From: an uncultured Gemmatimonadales bacterium
GTDB lineage: Bacteria; Gemmatimonadota; Gemmatimonadetes; Gemmatimonadales; GWC2-71-9
Length of the DNA stretch: 64,000 nt
NCBI GenBank assembly: GCA_963728915.1
Contig: CAVSLV010000002.1
Location: 352,001 to 416,000 of the forward strand
Reading direction: 5' to 3'
Shown piece after piece: positions 1 through 9,460 of this stretch; the stretch's first letter is position 1; each line of letters begins with the position of its first letter. Made by a program: the position numbers and the translations under genes. A model generated the notes under the pieces. The model saw nothing but the letters and a program-made list of their open reading frames with translations, did no database searches and was not told where the DNA came from.

Positions 1-1885
1 TGCCGCGATCGGGGCCGAAATAGGCAGTGGCCTCGAGCCCGGGCTCGGTCCCGGGCGTCACCGCGCCGCGCAGGGGGTTCGCTCGCCGCGCCAGCTCCCC
101 CAGCGCGATCGCGTTCGCGGGATGCCCTCGCTCCTGAACCCTTCCTCCAGCGAGCGTCAGCTCATTCTCCGCCACTCCCAGCTCGCGACTCGCGAGCGCG
201 AGGATCTTCTCCCGGACCTTGATCGCGGCGGCATGGCAGGCGCTTCCCGCCACCACTGCGCCCCGGCTGGCGAACGTCCCGGTTCCCCAACCGAACTCCC
301 GGGTATCTCCGGTGCTCACCCGCACCTGGTTCACCCGAACGCCCAGCGCCTCGGCGACGATCTGCGCCAGCGTGGTGAAATGTCCCTGTCCCTGGGTGCC
401 GACTCCGGTGGCGAGCCGGACCGTCCCACTCGGCTCGACCGTAACCCGCGCGCCCTCGTAGGGACCGACCCCGGTGCCCTCGATGTACGACACCACTCCG
501 ATCCCGACCCGCTTGCCTTCCCGCCGCGCGGCCGGCTGCTCCTCACTCAGGAATCGCTCGTAATCGATCAGCAGCGCCGCCTTCGCCAGCGCGGCGGGAT
601 AGTTCCCGCTGTCGTACACCAGGGGCCGGAAATCCTGGAACAGAATCTCGTGATCGTAGGGGAACTGGTCGGGCTGGATACAGTTCCTCCGGCGGATCTC
701 CACCCGGTCGATGCCCAGCTCACGGGCCGCGAAGTCCAGCAGCCGCTCCATCACGAACACCCCGTGCTGCCGGCCCGCTCCCCGCACCGGAGTCACGATG
801 GGCTTGTTGGTGAAGATCGCCGTGAACTCGCTCTCGTAATTGGGCACCACATAGGGACCCAGCAGCGTGCACTGGCTGTTGATCGGCACCGTGAGCCCAT
901 AGGGGTCGTAGGCGCCGGTGTCATGGAGGAACCGGTCCTTGACGCCGAGGATTCTGCCATCCGCCGCCACGGCCAGCTCGGCGTCGTGGATCTGCCCCCG
1001 CTCCTGGGTTGTCGCGAAGAAGTTCTCCCGCCGGTCCTCGATCCACTTGACCGGCCGGCCGAGCTGCATGGCCGCCCAGGGGACCAGCACTTCTTCCGGG
1101 TAGAACATCATGATCTTGGGACCGAAGCCGCCGCCGATGAATGGCGCAATCACCCGGACCTGCGATTGCCCGAGTCCGAGCAGCTCGGCCATCCCGTTCC
1201 GGATCGGGATCGGGGCCTGGGTGGTGTCCCAGATGGTCAGCTCCTCGGCGCGAGGATCCCAGGATGCCACGACCCCCCGGTTCTCGATCGCCGCGGAGGC
1301 GCCCCGATCGTAGAAGAACCGCCGCGCGATGATGCGATGGGCGGTGCGCGCGGCGGCCTGATAGTCTCCCTTGGATTGACGGACCTGGGCGGCGAGGTTG
1401 GTGCCGAGCTGCTCATGAATCAGGGGAGCTTCCGGAGTGAGTGCCGCTTCGAGGTTGGTCACCGCGGCGAGCGGATCGAGATCGACGACGATGTCTTCGA
1501 GGGCATCTTCCGCCAGATACCGGCTCTCCGCGATCACCATGGCGAGCGGTTCGCCGGCGTGGCGCACCTTGTCCCGGGCGAGGGGAACCTGGGTGGCGGT
1601 GTTGAAGACCATCCCGGGGATCGGGGGCGGCGGCACCAGCAGCGGCCCGGGCCGCCAGTAATCACCCAGGTCGTCGCGCGGTATAGACTGCGACCACGCC
1701 CGGGCGGGCGCGCGCGGCGCCTGCATCGATGCCCGCGAAGCGTGCCGTGGGCTTCGTCGCTCCGGAGAAACGCGACGTGCAGCATGCCCGGGCAGCTCGA
1801 CATCGTCCACGAAGAGCGCCCGCCCGGTGAGCAACCGGGCATCCTCGAGCCGAGGTACTGAGACGCCAAAGTACACCGGGCTCAT
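1..1885 (-). CDS. Xanthine dehydrogenase/CoxL-family molybdopterin-binding large subunit (runs off the window start; several apparent frameshifts at ~1590-1790)
   Basis: Manual minus-strand translation gives MSPVYFGVSVPRLEDARLLTG..., GGGFGPK, TPVRGAGR, TQGQGHFT and GTGTFASRG. The ATG overlaps the stop of the 2Fe-2S gene (ATGA). Confidence 0.85.
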   Translation of the reverse strand, partial: MSPVYFGVSVPRLEDARLLTGRALFVDDVELPGHAARRVSPERRSPRHASRASMQAPRAPARAWSQSIPRDDLGDYWRPGPLLVPPPPIPGMVFNTATQVPLARDKVRHAGEPLAMVIAESRYLAEDALEDIVVDLDPLAAVTNLEAALTPEAPLIHEQLGTNLAAQVRQSKGDYQAAARTAHRIIARRFFYDRGASAAIENRGVVASWDPRAEELTIWDTTQAPIPIRNGMAELLGLGQSQVRVIAPFIGGGFGPKIMMFYPEEVLVPWAAMQLGRPVKWIEDRRENFFATTQERGQIHDAELAVAADGRILGVKDRFLHDTGAYDPYGLTVPINSQCTLLGPYVVPNYESEFTAIFTNKPIVTPVRGAGRQHGVFVMERLLDFAARELGIDRVEIRRRNCIQPDQFPYDHEILFQDFRPLVYDSGNYPAALAKAALLIDYERFLSEEQPAARREGKRVGIGVVSYIEGTGVGPYEGARVTVEPSGTVRLATGVGTQGQGHFTTLAQIVAEALGVRVNQVRVSTGDTREFGWGTGTFASRGAVVAGSACHAAAIKVREKILALASRELGVAENELTLAGGRVQERGHPANAIALGELARRANPLRGAVTPGTEPGLEATAYFGPDRG

Positions 1886-2370
1886 GTCCGCCTGTCCGCC
1901 GGTCCGTCAGTCCGCCTGTTCACATATCGCTTCACCGCGGTCACGATGTTCGCATACCCCGTGCACCGGCACAGGTTTCCCGAGATCGCCTCCCGGATTT
2001 CCAGCTCGCTCGGGGAAGGATGGCGTTCCAGGAACGGCACCAGGGTCATCAGGATGCCCGGGGTGCAGAACCCGCATTGCAGGGCATGGGATTCGTGGAA
2101 GGCCTGCTGCAAGGGATGCAGGGATTCCGGGGCGCCCAGGCTCTCGACGGTTCGGAGGTCGTGCCCGTCGGCCTGGACCGCGAACAGCAGGCAGGACCGC
2201 ACCGGCTCACCGTCGAGAAGCACCGTGCAGGCCCCGCACACGCCGTGCTCGCAACCCACATGGGTCCCCGGCAGGCCGAGATCGTGACGGAGAAAATCGG
2301 ACAGGAGGAGCCGCGGCTCGACCGCCCTGGTCTGGCGGCTCCCGTTCACGACGACGGTGATGGAATGCAT
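1882..2370 (-). CDS. (2Fe-2S)-binding small subunit, CoxS/XdhC-like
   Basis: Motifs GCEHGVCGAC, QCGFCTPG and GNLCRCTGY. Confidence 0.92.
   Translation of the reverse strand: MHSITVVVNGSRQTRAVEPRLLLSDFLRHDLGLPGTHVGCEHGVCGACTVLLDGEPVRSCLLFAVQADGHDLRTVESLGAPESLHPLQQAFHESHALQCGFCTPGILMTLVPFLERHPSPSELEIREAISGNLCRCTGYANIVTAVKRYVNRRTDGPADRRT
1885..1916. repeat. 4 x 8-bp tandem repeat (GGCGGACN on the minus strand)
   Basis: tgtccgcc tgtccgcc ggtccgtc agtccgcc. Confidence 0.75.
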
Positions 2371-2406
2371 GGAGAGAATGAACGTACTCTCTCCGGTGGT
2401 TCGTCG

Positions 2407-3243
2407 CTACGCTCTCCGGAGGGACGCCACCAGGCTCACCACCATCAGGAGCAGGCCGCACACCACGACGATCGCCGCGCCGGTGGGCAGGTCCAGTTTG
2501 TAGGACGCGGCCAGCCCCAGCAGGCTCGCGGTCACCGCAATCCCCCAGCCGACGAACAATCGCCCCGACCACTGCTTGGCCAGCATGACTCCGCAGACCG
2601 CCGGAACGATCAGGTAGGCAAACGTGAGCAGGACGCCCGCCAGGCGGACGAAACTGACGACCACCACCGCAAAGGCTGCGTAGAAGAGAAAATCCCACCA
2701 GTGGACCCGGATCCCCTGGGCCTCGGCCTGCTCGGGGTCCGACGACACCAGAGCGAACCGCCGGTGAAAGATCCCGTAGAAGGCCGCCAGGCCGGCGAAA
2801 ATCAGGGCCCGTTGACCGACTTCTCCGCGGGTTACGTTGAGGATATCTCCGGTGAGCAGGTGTTCGAGCTCCTCCTTCCCCCCGGCCACCCGGCTCAGCA
2901 ACAGGATCACTCCCGCCGCAGCCACCACGAACGTGATGCCTATGATCGCTTCCTGGGGGACATTGCGCTTCTTGACTCCCCGCGACCAGCTGAAGAACGC
3001 GGCACCCAGGAAGGTGACCCCGAGGGAGATCCAGAACGTGATCGGGTCGGAAAAGTGATGCCCCAGGATGAGCGCCACACAGGTGCCGAGGGTCGCGACC
3101 TGGGCGAGCGCCAGGTCCACGAAGATCACCTCACGCCGCACCACGTGCAGACCCAGATACACGAGGAGCGGCGGCAGGACGAGGCACGCGGTGAGCGGCC
3201 ACTTCATGATCTCCCAGGCAACCTGAAAATCCGCCTGAATCAT
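2407..3243 (-). CDS. Zn/Mn-type metal ABC transporter permease (ZnuB/MntB-like)
   Basis: Hydrophobic protein with GLHVVRREVIFVDLALAQ and GVLLTFAYLIVPA. Start MIQADF overlaps the upstream stop. Confidence 0.88.
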   Translation of the reverse strand: MIQADFQVAWEIMKWPLTACLVLPPLLVYLGLHVVRREVIFVDLALAQVATLGTCVALILGHHFSDPITFWISLGVTFLGAAFFSWSRGVKKRNVPQEAIIGITFVVAAAGVILLLSRVAGGKEELEHLLTGDILNVTRGEVGQRALIFAGLAAFYGIFHRRFALVSSDPEQAEAQGIRVHWWDFLFYAAFAVVVVSFVRLAGVLLTFAYLIVPAVCGVMLAKQWSGRLFVGWGIAVTASLLGLAASYKLDLPTGAAIVVVCGLLLMVVSLVASLRRA

Positions 3244-4169
3244 GGCTTTGCCTCCAGGGCAGCGGCGAGGGTTCGTACCAGGTAGTCCATCAGGTCGACG
3301 TACGTCGTGGTGTTCGGTACCGCCCCCGGCTGTTGGGGCATCATGACGACGGTGGCGCTGGTCTGACGGGCCACGGTCTCCGCAGTCTTGTGATTCTGAT
3401 AGGGCTGCACCGTGATGACGTGCGCGTTCTGGGTCTTCATCGCCGTCACGATGTCGGCGAGGTGAGACGGCGAGGGAGAGATGCCCGGCTTGGGCTCCAA
3501 TTCGCCGATGACGTCCAGGTTGAACCGGCTCGCGAAGTAGATGAAATCCTTGTGATAACTCACGACCTTCGCCCCGCGGAACGGCGCCAGCTGGCGCTGC
3601 CATTCCGGGAGCTTCTGATCGATCGTCGCGTTGAACCGGACCAGGTTGGCCTTGAAGGTTGCCGCGTTGGCGGGATCCACCTGGGCCAGATGATCGGCGA
3701 TCTCGCCGGCGACGATCTTCGCATTCACCGGATCGATCAGGAAGTGGGGATTGCCCAGCGCGTGGATGTCGCCTTTGGAGCGGTCGAAAGTGGTCGGGAC
3801 CTCCAGCAGGTGAATCCCGGTGGAGGCGACCACCCGGCCCGGAGCCCCGGCCGCAATCTTGGAATTGCGGGCGTTGTCGAGCAGCGGCGGGAGCCAGCCC
3901 AGCTCCAGCTCGGCCCCACCCTCGATCAGCACGTCGGCGCGGTTCAGGGTGATGAGGTGGCTGGGCTTCGGATCGACGAAATGAGCATCCTCGGTCGGCT
4001 TGGCGAGCGCGGTGACGTCAATCGCGTCGCCCCCGACGGCCTGGGCCAGCGCCGCCAGATCAGGGGTCGTCGCCACGACGTTGAGTTTCTTCACGGCGGG
4101 AGGATTGCCCCATCCCGCGAGGAGCGCGAGCGCGGCCAGCTTGATGGTTCCGGTCATGATTCTGTGCAT
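3240..4169 (-). CDS. Metal ABC transporter substrate-binding protein (ZnuA/cluster A-I)
   Basis: Signal peptide followed by EDAHFVDPKPS, HALGNPHF, YHKDF and EPKPGISPS. The start could be 4169 or 4157. Confidence 0.9.
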   Translation of the reverse strand: MHRIMTGTIKLAALALLAGWGNPPAVKKLNVVATTPDLAALAQAVGGDAIDVTALAKPTEDAHFVDPKPSHLITLNRADVLIEGGAELELGWLPPLLDNARNSKIAAGAPGRVVASTGIHLLEVPTTFDRSKGDIHALGNPHFLIDPVNAKIVAGEIADHLAQVDPANAATFKANLVRFNATIDQKLPEWQRQLAPFRGAKVVSYHKDFIYFASRFNLDVIGELEPKPGISPSPSHLADIVTAMKTQNAHVITVQPYQNHKTAETVARQTSATVVMMPQQPGAVPNTTTYVDLMDYLVRTLAAALEAKP

Positions 4170-4176
4170 TCCTTCC

Positions 4177-5511
4177 TTAGAACTTGTGCGCGGCGTGCGC
4201 TCCGAGAATGAACTCGAACTGCAGCCACACCGAATGATCGATGCCGATTCCCTTTCGGTCATCGTAGTTGTATTGCAGGCGGATCTTCGAGAACTCGCTC
4301 GGATACCAGGTCAGATTGGGGGAAACCCGGGTCCGAGTCGCCCGGTCCGCCACCGTGAACGCGGCCTGACTGCCGCTGACATATTCGCCACGCAGGCCCA
4401 GCACCACGCGCGGCTTGACGCCCCAGAGCAACTGGGAGTACACCCCTCGATCGTGGAGCTCTTCGGCGGGGAGCGTGACTTGAGGATCCTCCACCGACGG
4501 CCGCTCCGCCGCGTCGTAGCGCCGGAACATCGCCTCGGTCTGCCACGATACGAACGGGAATCCCTGATGGGCTCTCGCGGATTTCCACTTCCAGTAGAGA
4601 TCCGCCCCGTAGATCTGGGTCCGGGCATGCGGCCCCGAGCTGTTGGGCCCGAACGCGCCCGAGACACCCATCAACAGGACCTGGGTGGAGGTCAGGTCGA
4701 ACGAGGTGCTGATCCGGGGCTGGATCAGGAAATCCCCGAGACCCGAAACCTCCCGGTCGGCCGGGACACCCCCGTGAATCTGGGAAGACTCTTCCGAATC
4801 GAAGCTCCAGTTGGTTCCCCCCCTGCTGTTGAAGACCCCGAGCAGGGCCTCGGTATACCACTTCGTCGGAAGAAGCCAGGAGACCCTTGCCCCCTGGCTC
4901 CTCAGCCCTTCCGCCCCGAACATTCGATTGAGGACCAGCGGCTGGTCCACTGCCGGCCACGCGTGAGGATGCTGCTGATTCTGGCGACCGAATTCGGCGA
5001 AGAACTGTCCGACCCGGAGCTGGAGATTGGCGGGGAGCGAGGTGGTCAGGACGTACGCTTCCTCCAGCTCGAAGTCCGACTCGCCGCTGGTGTCGAGCTT
5101 GTACACGACATTGACGAATCCTCTGAAGTACGGGTCCACCGCTCCGTCGAGGGTCAGCTCCTCGTTGGGAATGGTGAAGCCGCGGACGTGCGGATCATGA
5201 TCCCCTTTCTGAAGCGATGGGACGTCCTTCTCGCTCGACCACCCGAAGTCGGAGAGCCCCGAGAACCCGAAATTCATGTACACGCCCGCCGAGGCCTGCA
5301 CCAGCGCCGCCGCCGGCTCCGCGGGGGCAGGTTGGCCGCCGGCTCGAACCCGCGCCAGGCGGTCAAACCGTGCCTGGAACCTGGACAAGACGGCGACGAC
5401 GGAATCCCGCGGAACCGGACGCTGGTCCCGGGGCAGACTGTCGGATTGTTGAGCCGCCGCATGCGTGGTGCTACCAAGGACTACAGTCACCGCGGCAAGC
5501 AGTGTTCGCAT
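4177..5511 (-). CDS. Outer-membrane porin-like protein associated with metal ABC systems
   Basis: Signal peptide, beta-strand pattern, HPHAW, C-terminal GAHAAHKF, and SD GGAGGA at 5515-5520. Confidence 0.75.
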   Translation of the reverse strand: MRTLLAAVTVVLGSTTHAAAQQSDSLPRDQRPVPRDSVVAVLSRFQARFDRLARVRAGGQPAPAEPAAALVQASAGVYMNFGFSGLSDFGWSSEKDVPSLQKGDHDPHVRGFTIPNEELTLDGAVDPYFRGFVNVVYKLDTSGESDFELEEAYVLTTSLPANLQLRVGQFFAEFGRQNQQHPHAWPAVDQPLVLNRMFGAEGLRSQGARVSWLLPTKWYTEALLGVFNSRGGTNWSFDSEESSQIHGGVPADREVSGLGDFLIQPRISTSFDLTSTQVLLMGVSGAFGPNSSGPHARTQIYGADLYWKWKSARAHQGFPFVSWQTEAMFRRYDAAERPSVEDPQVTLPAEELHDRGVYSQLLWGVKPRVVLGLRGEYVSGSQAAFTVADRATRTRVSPNLTWYPSEFSKIRLQYNYDDRKGIGIDHSVWLQFEFILGAHAAHKF

Positions 5512-5547
5512 AATTCCTCCAATAGACCAAACCACCTGTGATGGCGT

Positions 5548-5883
5548 TCAGACCGGGAGGAGTGGCGGGGCTCGCGAAAAGGGTTGGAAGACCGGGGTGG
5601 CCGGCAACAACTCGGTCGCGCCGAGCGGAGGCGAAACCGCCGCCGACTCTGCCGACCTGGGAGTCCCCGCCACGAGCGCGGGGGTCAGGGGAGGGTGATT
5701 CGCGGTCGCCCGGATACTGCACTGATCCGCATGACAGCCGCCCGAGGCCTCGAAGTGGGAGGCCAGGGTGACTGGATGACTGTGGAACAGCACCCCGTCC
5801 AGCGCGGGAAGGTCCCCACCTCCGCCACTCATCAGGACGATGAACAGCGCGCGAATCAGGTGGGAAACCGGTCCCGTGAGCAT
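5548..5883 (-). CDS. Putative RAPP-motif leader/arrest peptide (DUF2946/CruR/CutF-like)
   Basis: Hydrophobic N-terminus, FHSH..SH..CHADQC, Pro/Ala-rich linker and C-terminal SRAPP. It lies directly upstream of the porin-ABC operon. Confidence 0.7.
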   Translation of the reverse strand: MLTGPVSHLIRALFIVLMSGGGGDLPALDGVLFHSHPVTLASHFEASGGCHADQCSIRATANHPPLTPALVAGTPRSAESAAVSPPLGATELLPATPVFQPFSRAPPLLPV

Positions 5884-5898
5884 ATCAGGAATCTACCA
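5884..5898 (-). promoter_or_regulatory. Extended -10 promoter (TGG-TAGATT) for a leaderless uORF transcript
   Basis: Minus strand reads TGGTAGATT-cctgat-ATG, with no SD. Confidence 0.55.
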
Positions 5899-5916
5899 AC
5901 TTCGGGCGGCGGCGGG

Positions 5917-7219
5917 TCAGGCACCCCCGAAGGGGTCCTCGAGACTCGGGCTCTGCGGAGTGAACAGCTCGGCACCCTGTTCGGTGATGACCATGTCGTC
6001 TTCGAGCCGGATCCCGAACTCGCCCGGGATGTAAACCCCCGGCTCGTCACTGAAGGTCATGCCGGGTTGCAGTTTGAGCGTGTTCCCCCGCACCAGATAG
6101 GGCCATTCATGGCCGTCCATCCCGATCCCGTGGCCCACCCGGTGGGAGAAGTACTTGTAATCGGGACCGTAACCCGCGTCCACGATCACCTTCCGCGCCG
6201 CCGCGTCCACCGCCTGCGCTTCCACCCCGGGGTGCGCCGCCGCCAGCGCCGCCGACTGGGCCGCGTGCTCGATGTCGAACACCTTTTTCATCTTGTCGGT
6301 CGGCTTGCCCAGCACGAAGGTGCGGGTGATATCCGACTGATAGCCCTCCACCGTGCACCCGTCGTCGATCATGATGATGGTGCCTTCGCGGATCGTCTGC
6401 GGCGTGGCGGAGCCGTGGGGAAGCGCGGTGTACTCGCCGACCTGGACGCTCGCGAAGCCCGGGAACCCCATGCGGGCGTAGGCGGCGTTGATGAGCGACT
6501 GAACGTCGCCCTGCGTCATCCCCGGCTTGAGCGCGTGGTACGCCGCGGCGTACGCCTTGAGGGTGACCTGGTTGGCCAGCTTCATGAGGGCCAGCTCGTG
6601 CGCGTCCTTCATCATGCGACAGCCGGCGGTCACCGGCGTGGCGCTTCCCACGCCCGAGCGCCGGGGCCGCGGCGGCGATCCCGTCCGCGAACACGTACTT
6701 TATCGTTTCTTCGATCCCGACCCGCCCCGTGGTCAGTCCGGCGGTACGCAGGCCCTCCCCCACGCGCTGATAGGGACTCTGGTCTTCTTCCCAGGTGAGC
6801 ACCTGGGTGCCCCGGCCCAGCGGACCGGTCCTGGCCTGCTCCAGGGTTCGCTCTTCCTCGAACTTCGGAGTGACGATGAACGACTCTCCCTTGGCGGGGA
6901 TCACCACGCAGGTGAGCCGCTCGCTGTTGCCCCACCGCATCCCGGTGAAATAGACCAGCGAGGTCCCACCGGCCATGACGATCGCATCGAGCGCATTGGC
7001 CGACATCATGGCCCGGGCCCGCTCGAGACGATGACGTCGCTCCTCCACCGAAATCGGTGTCGCCTGGGACCGCATCGAGCTGAGCGCCCGAATGGACGGG
7101 GGGAGATCCTGGTCCTTCCGGGGAGCAGGACCTTGGGCCTCACCAGCCACGGCCGAAGTTGCTGCTCCGGCCAGGACGAACCCCGAGCTGCCGATGAATG
7201 CCCTTCGTGAGATCGTCAC
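5917..7219 (-). CDS. Xaa-Pro peptidase family M24 with Tat signal (+1 frameshift at ~6654, probably a sequencing error)
   Basis: SRRAFIG Tat motif, then SDITRT, HRVGHGIG, DEPG and IRLED. The two halves join if one G is removed. Confidence 0.85.
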
Positions 7220-7340
7220 GCCATTTTCTCCTCTGTCAGAGCAAGGGACTTCCAACCCCGAGCCAGGTCCCCACCATCGCGAACAAATGTACAGCCTGGT
7301 GGATGACTCCCTTCGCCCTCAGCCCAGTCTGGCAACCGAC

Positions 7341-7400
7341 TTGACGCAAGCCGTTATCGATGTATATAACTATCTAGTTATTTAACTAATAGATTAATTA
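7341..7400 (+). promoter_or_regulatory. AT-rich promoter/operator upstream of ArsR
   Basis: TTGACG at 7341, plus two tandem imperfect palindromes ATAACTATCTAGTTAT and TTAACTAATAGATTAA. Confidence 0.5.
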
Positions 7401-7417
7401 CGTTATCCGGCAAAGAT

Positions 7418-7768
7418 ATGCGCCCAGCGAACGATGCCCTCAGCACGACTTTCTCTGCCTTGGCCGATCCGACCAGGCGAGCGATTCTGGACCGGCTCTG
7501 CACAGGTGCGGCTACGGTAAAAGAGCTCTCCGCTCCCTTCGACATGAGCGGACCGGCGATCTCCAAACACCTCCGGGTGCTCGAGCGCGCCGGTCTGATC
7601 CAGCGAGGGAAGGAAGCCCAGTGGCGTCCGCGGACCCTCGATCCCAAACCCATCCAACAGGTCGCTGCATGGGCCCAGGGGTTCCGGCGGTTCTGGGACG
7701 CAAGCTACGCACGGCTCGACAACTACCTCGAACAGCTCAATCAGGAGACCCGCGATGAAGAGTGCTGA
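7418..7768 (+). CDS. ArsR/SmtB family transcriptional regulator
   Basis: FSALADPTRRAIL and ISKHLRVLERAGLI. Confidence 0.9.
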   Translation: MRPANDALSTTFSALADPTRRAILDRLCTGAATVKELSAPFDMSGPAISKHLRVLERAGLIQRGKEAQWRPRTLDPKPIQQVAAWAQGFRRFWDASYARLDNYLEQLNQETRDEEC

Positions 7769-7950
7769 CCCGAGTCGTGAAAGCGCCGAGAGCGCTGGTC
7801 TTCGAGGTCTACACGAGCCCGAAACATCTCCCCAACTGGATGACCGGTCCGGATGGCTGGACCATGCCGGTATGTGAAGTGGATCTGCGACCCGGCGGGA
7901 CCTGGCATTACGTCTTCCGGAAGTCGCACGGCACCGAGATGGACACGTGA
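7762..7950 (+). pseudogene. Truncated SRPBCC/AHSA1-domain gene
   Basis: LTRVVKAPRALVF...EVDLRPGGTWHY matches the AHSA1 N-half but stops after ~62 aa. Confidence 0.65.
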
Positions 7951-7957
7951 CGGCGGC

Positions 7958-9460
7958 CTAGGGGCGCGGCTCGGCGGTCCAGCTTCCCCCTAACGCGCGA
8001 TACAACCGGACCGTCTGGACCAGGTACTGCCGCTCCTGCGCCACCAGCGCGAGCTGGGCGGTGAACAGGGACCGCTGGGCATCGAGCACTTCGAGATAGC
8101 TCGAGATCCCGTTGTCGTAGCGTTGCACCGCGAGCCCATAGGCCCGGGCCAGCGCCTGGGTCTGGGTCTCCTGCGCGGTGAGCTGGTCCCGGCTGAGCCG
8201 GAGGCCCACCAGCGCATCATCCGCCTCCCGGAATGCCTGGAGCACCGCCTGCTCGTAGCGGCTTCGGGCCTGGTCGGCCCGGGCCCGCGCGGCGCCGACC
8301 TGGTTCTCGAGCCGCAAGCCGGTGAAGATCGGGATCGAGACCCCGACCTGGCCCACGTAGATCTCGTTGCTCTTGGCGAACAGGCTGTCGAAGCCCTGGC
8401 TCTGCCGGCCGTACTGCCCGGTCACCATAACCCGCGGCATGATGTTGCCGATCGCGAGACCCACCCGGGCCGTGGCGGCCTGGAAGTCCCGCTCGGCCCG
8501 CATCACGTCGGGCCGGCGCAGCAGCAGGCCCGAAGGGATCGAATCGGGCACCTGAACCGCCTGGACCGCCTGCTCCAGCGGCGCGCCCCGGATCACCGGG
8601 CCGGGCGCCTCCCCGATCAGCAGGTTGAGCTGGTGCTCCTTCTCGGAGCGCTGCCGGGCAAAGTCCGCGAGCCGGGTGGCCGACCCGGCGGCATCTGCCT
8701 CGAACTGGCGAACGTCGAGCTCGGAGATGACCCCTTCCGCGAAGCGGCGTTGCGCCAGGTTCAGGGTGGCTCGGCGCGATGCGAGGGTTTGCTGCGAGAT
8801 CTCGACCGCCCGGTCGAGCTCGCGAAGCTCGAGATACGCCGTCACCACGTCACCCACCAGGGAAACCACCGCCGCCCGCTCGTCTTCCTGGCGGCCCTTG
8901 AGATCGAAGGAGGCCGCCTGGGTCTGCCGGCGGATCCGTCCCCAGAAGTCGAGCTCCCAGGCCAGATCGCCGGTCATCCTCACGACATCATATTGGAGGG
9001 CGCCGAGGGACCCGAAGACCACCTGGTTGGTGCTCGCGGCCGCGTTGAGGCTGAGCTGGGGAAAGAAGTCGGAACGCGCCACGCCCAGCATGGCCCGGTA
9101 CTCGCGAACCCGCGCGGTCGCCACCTGAAAGTCGCGATTGTTGGCGAGGGCCTGACGGACCAGGCGCACGACCGCGCTGTCGCCCAGCACATCGAGCCAG
9201 GCCCGGTCACTGGCCGAATCGAGCGCGAGGGGACGGGCGGCGGGAATGGCGGTCACCCCGGTATCGGTCCGGGCGCGCGCCGCGGCGAGCGAGTCGAAGA
9301 AGCTCCGCGCGCTCGAGCCCGGAAGCGAGTCGGCGATTCTCGGCGCGGGATAGTCGGGCGATCGCACGTTGGTCGAAGGCCCGATCGCACAGCCTGCGAA
9401 GACCAGAACCGCCAGCCCGATCGCGGTCCGCCGGTCCGCCTGTCCGCCTGTCCGTCTCAT
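7958..9460 (-). CDS. RND efflux outer-membrane lipoprotein (OprM/NodT family)
   Basis: Lipobox FAGC, WELDFWGRIRR, LLLRRPDV and LYRALGG. Confidence 0.93.
   Translation of the reverse strand: MRRTGGQADRRTAIGLAVLVFAGCAIGPSTNVRSPDYPAPRIADSLPGSSARSFFDSLAAARARTDTGVTAIPAARPLALDSASDRAWLDVLGDSAVVRLVRQALANNRDFQVATARVREYRAMLGVARSDFFPQLSLNAAASTNQVVFGSLGALQYDVVRMTGDLAWELDFWGRIRRQTQAASFDLKGRQEDERAAVVSLVGDVVTAYLELRELDRAVEISQQTLASRRATLNLAQRRFAEGVISELDVRQFEADAAGSATRLADFARQRSEKEHQLNLLIGEAPGPVIRGAPLEQAVQAVQVPDSIPSGLLLRRPDVMRAERDFQAATARVGLAIGNIMPRVMVTGQYGRQSQGFDSLFAKSNEIYVGQVGVSIPIFTGLRLENQVGAARARADQARSRYEQAVLQAFREADDALVGLRLSRDQLTAQETQTQALARAYGLAVQRYDNGISSYLEVLDAQRSLFTAQLALVAQERQYLVQTVRLYRALGGSWTAEPRP
9425..9456. 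repeat. 4 x 8-bp GGCGGACN tandem repeat inside the signal-peptide codons
   Basis: ggtccgcc ggtccgcc tgtccgcc tgtccgtc. Confidence 0.75.

Noticed and set aside
122..1861. 579-aa plus-strand ORF and other long antisense ORFs (e.g. 8123-9817, 17577-20075, 42376-44205, 45995-48457)
   Set aside because: These are shadow ORFs opposite well-supported genes in high-GC DNA, with no recognisable motifs.
1..2370. Aerobic CO dehydrogenase
   Set aside because: It lacks the form I AYxCSFR motif.
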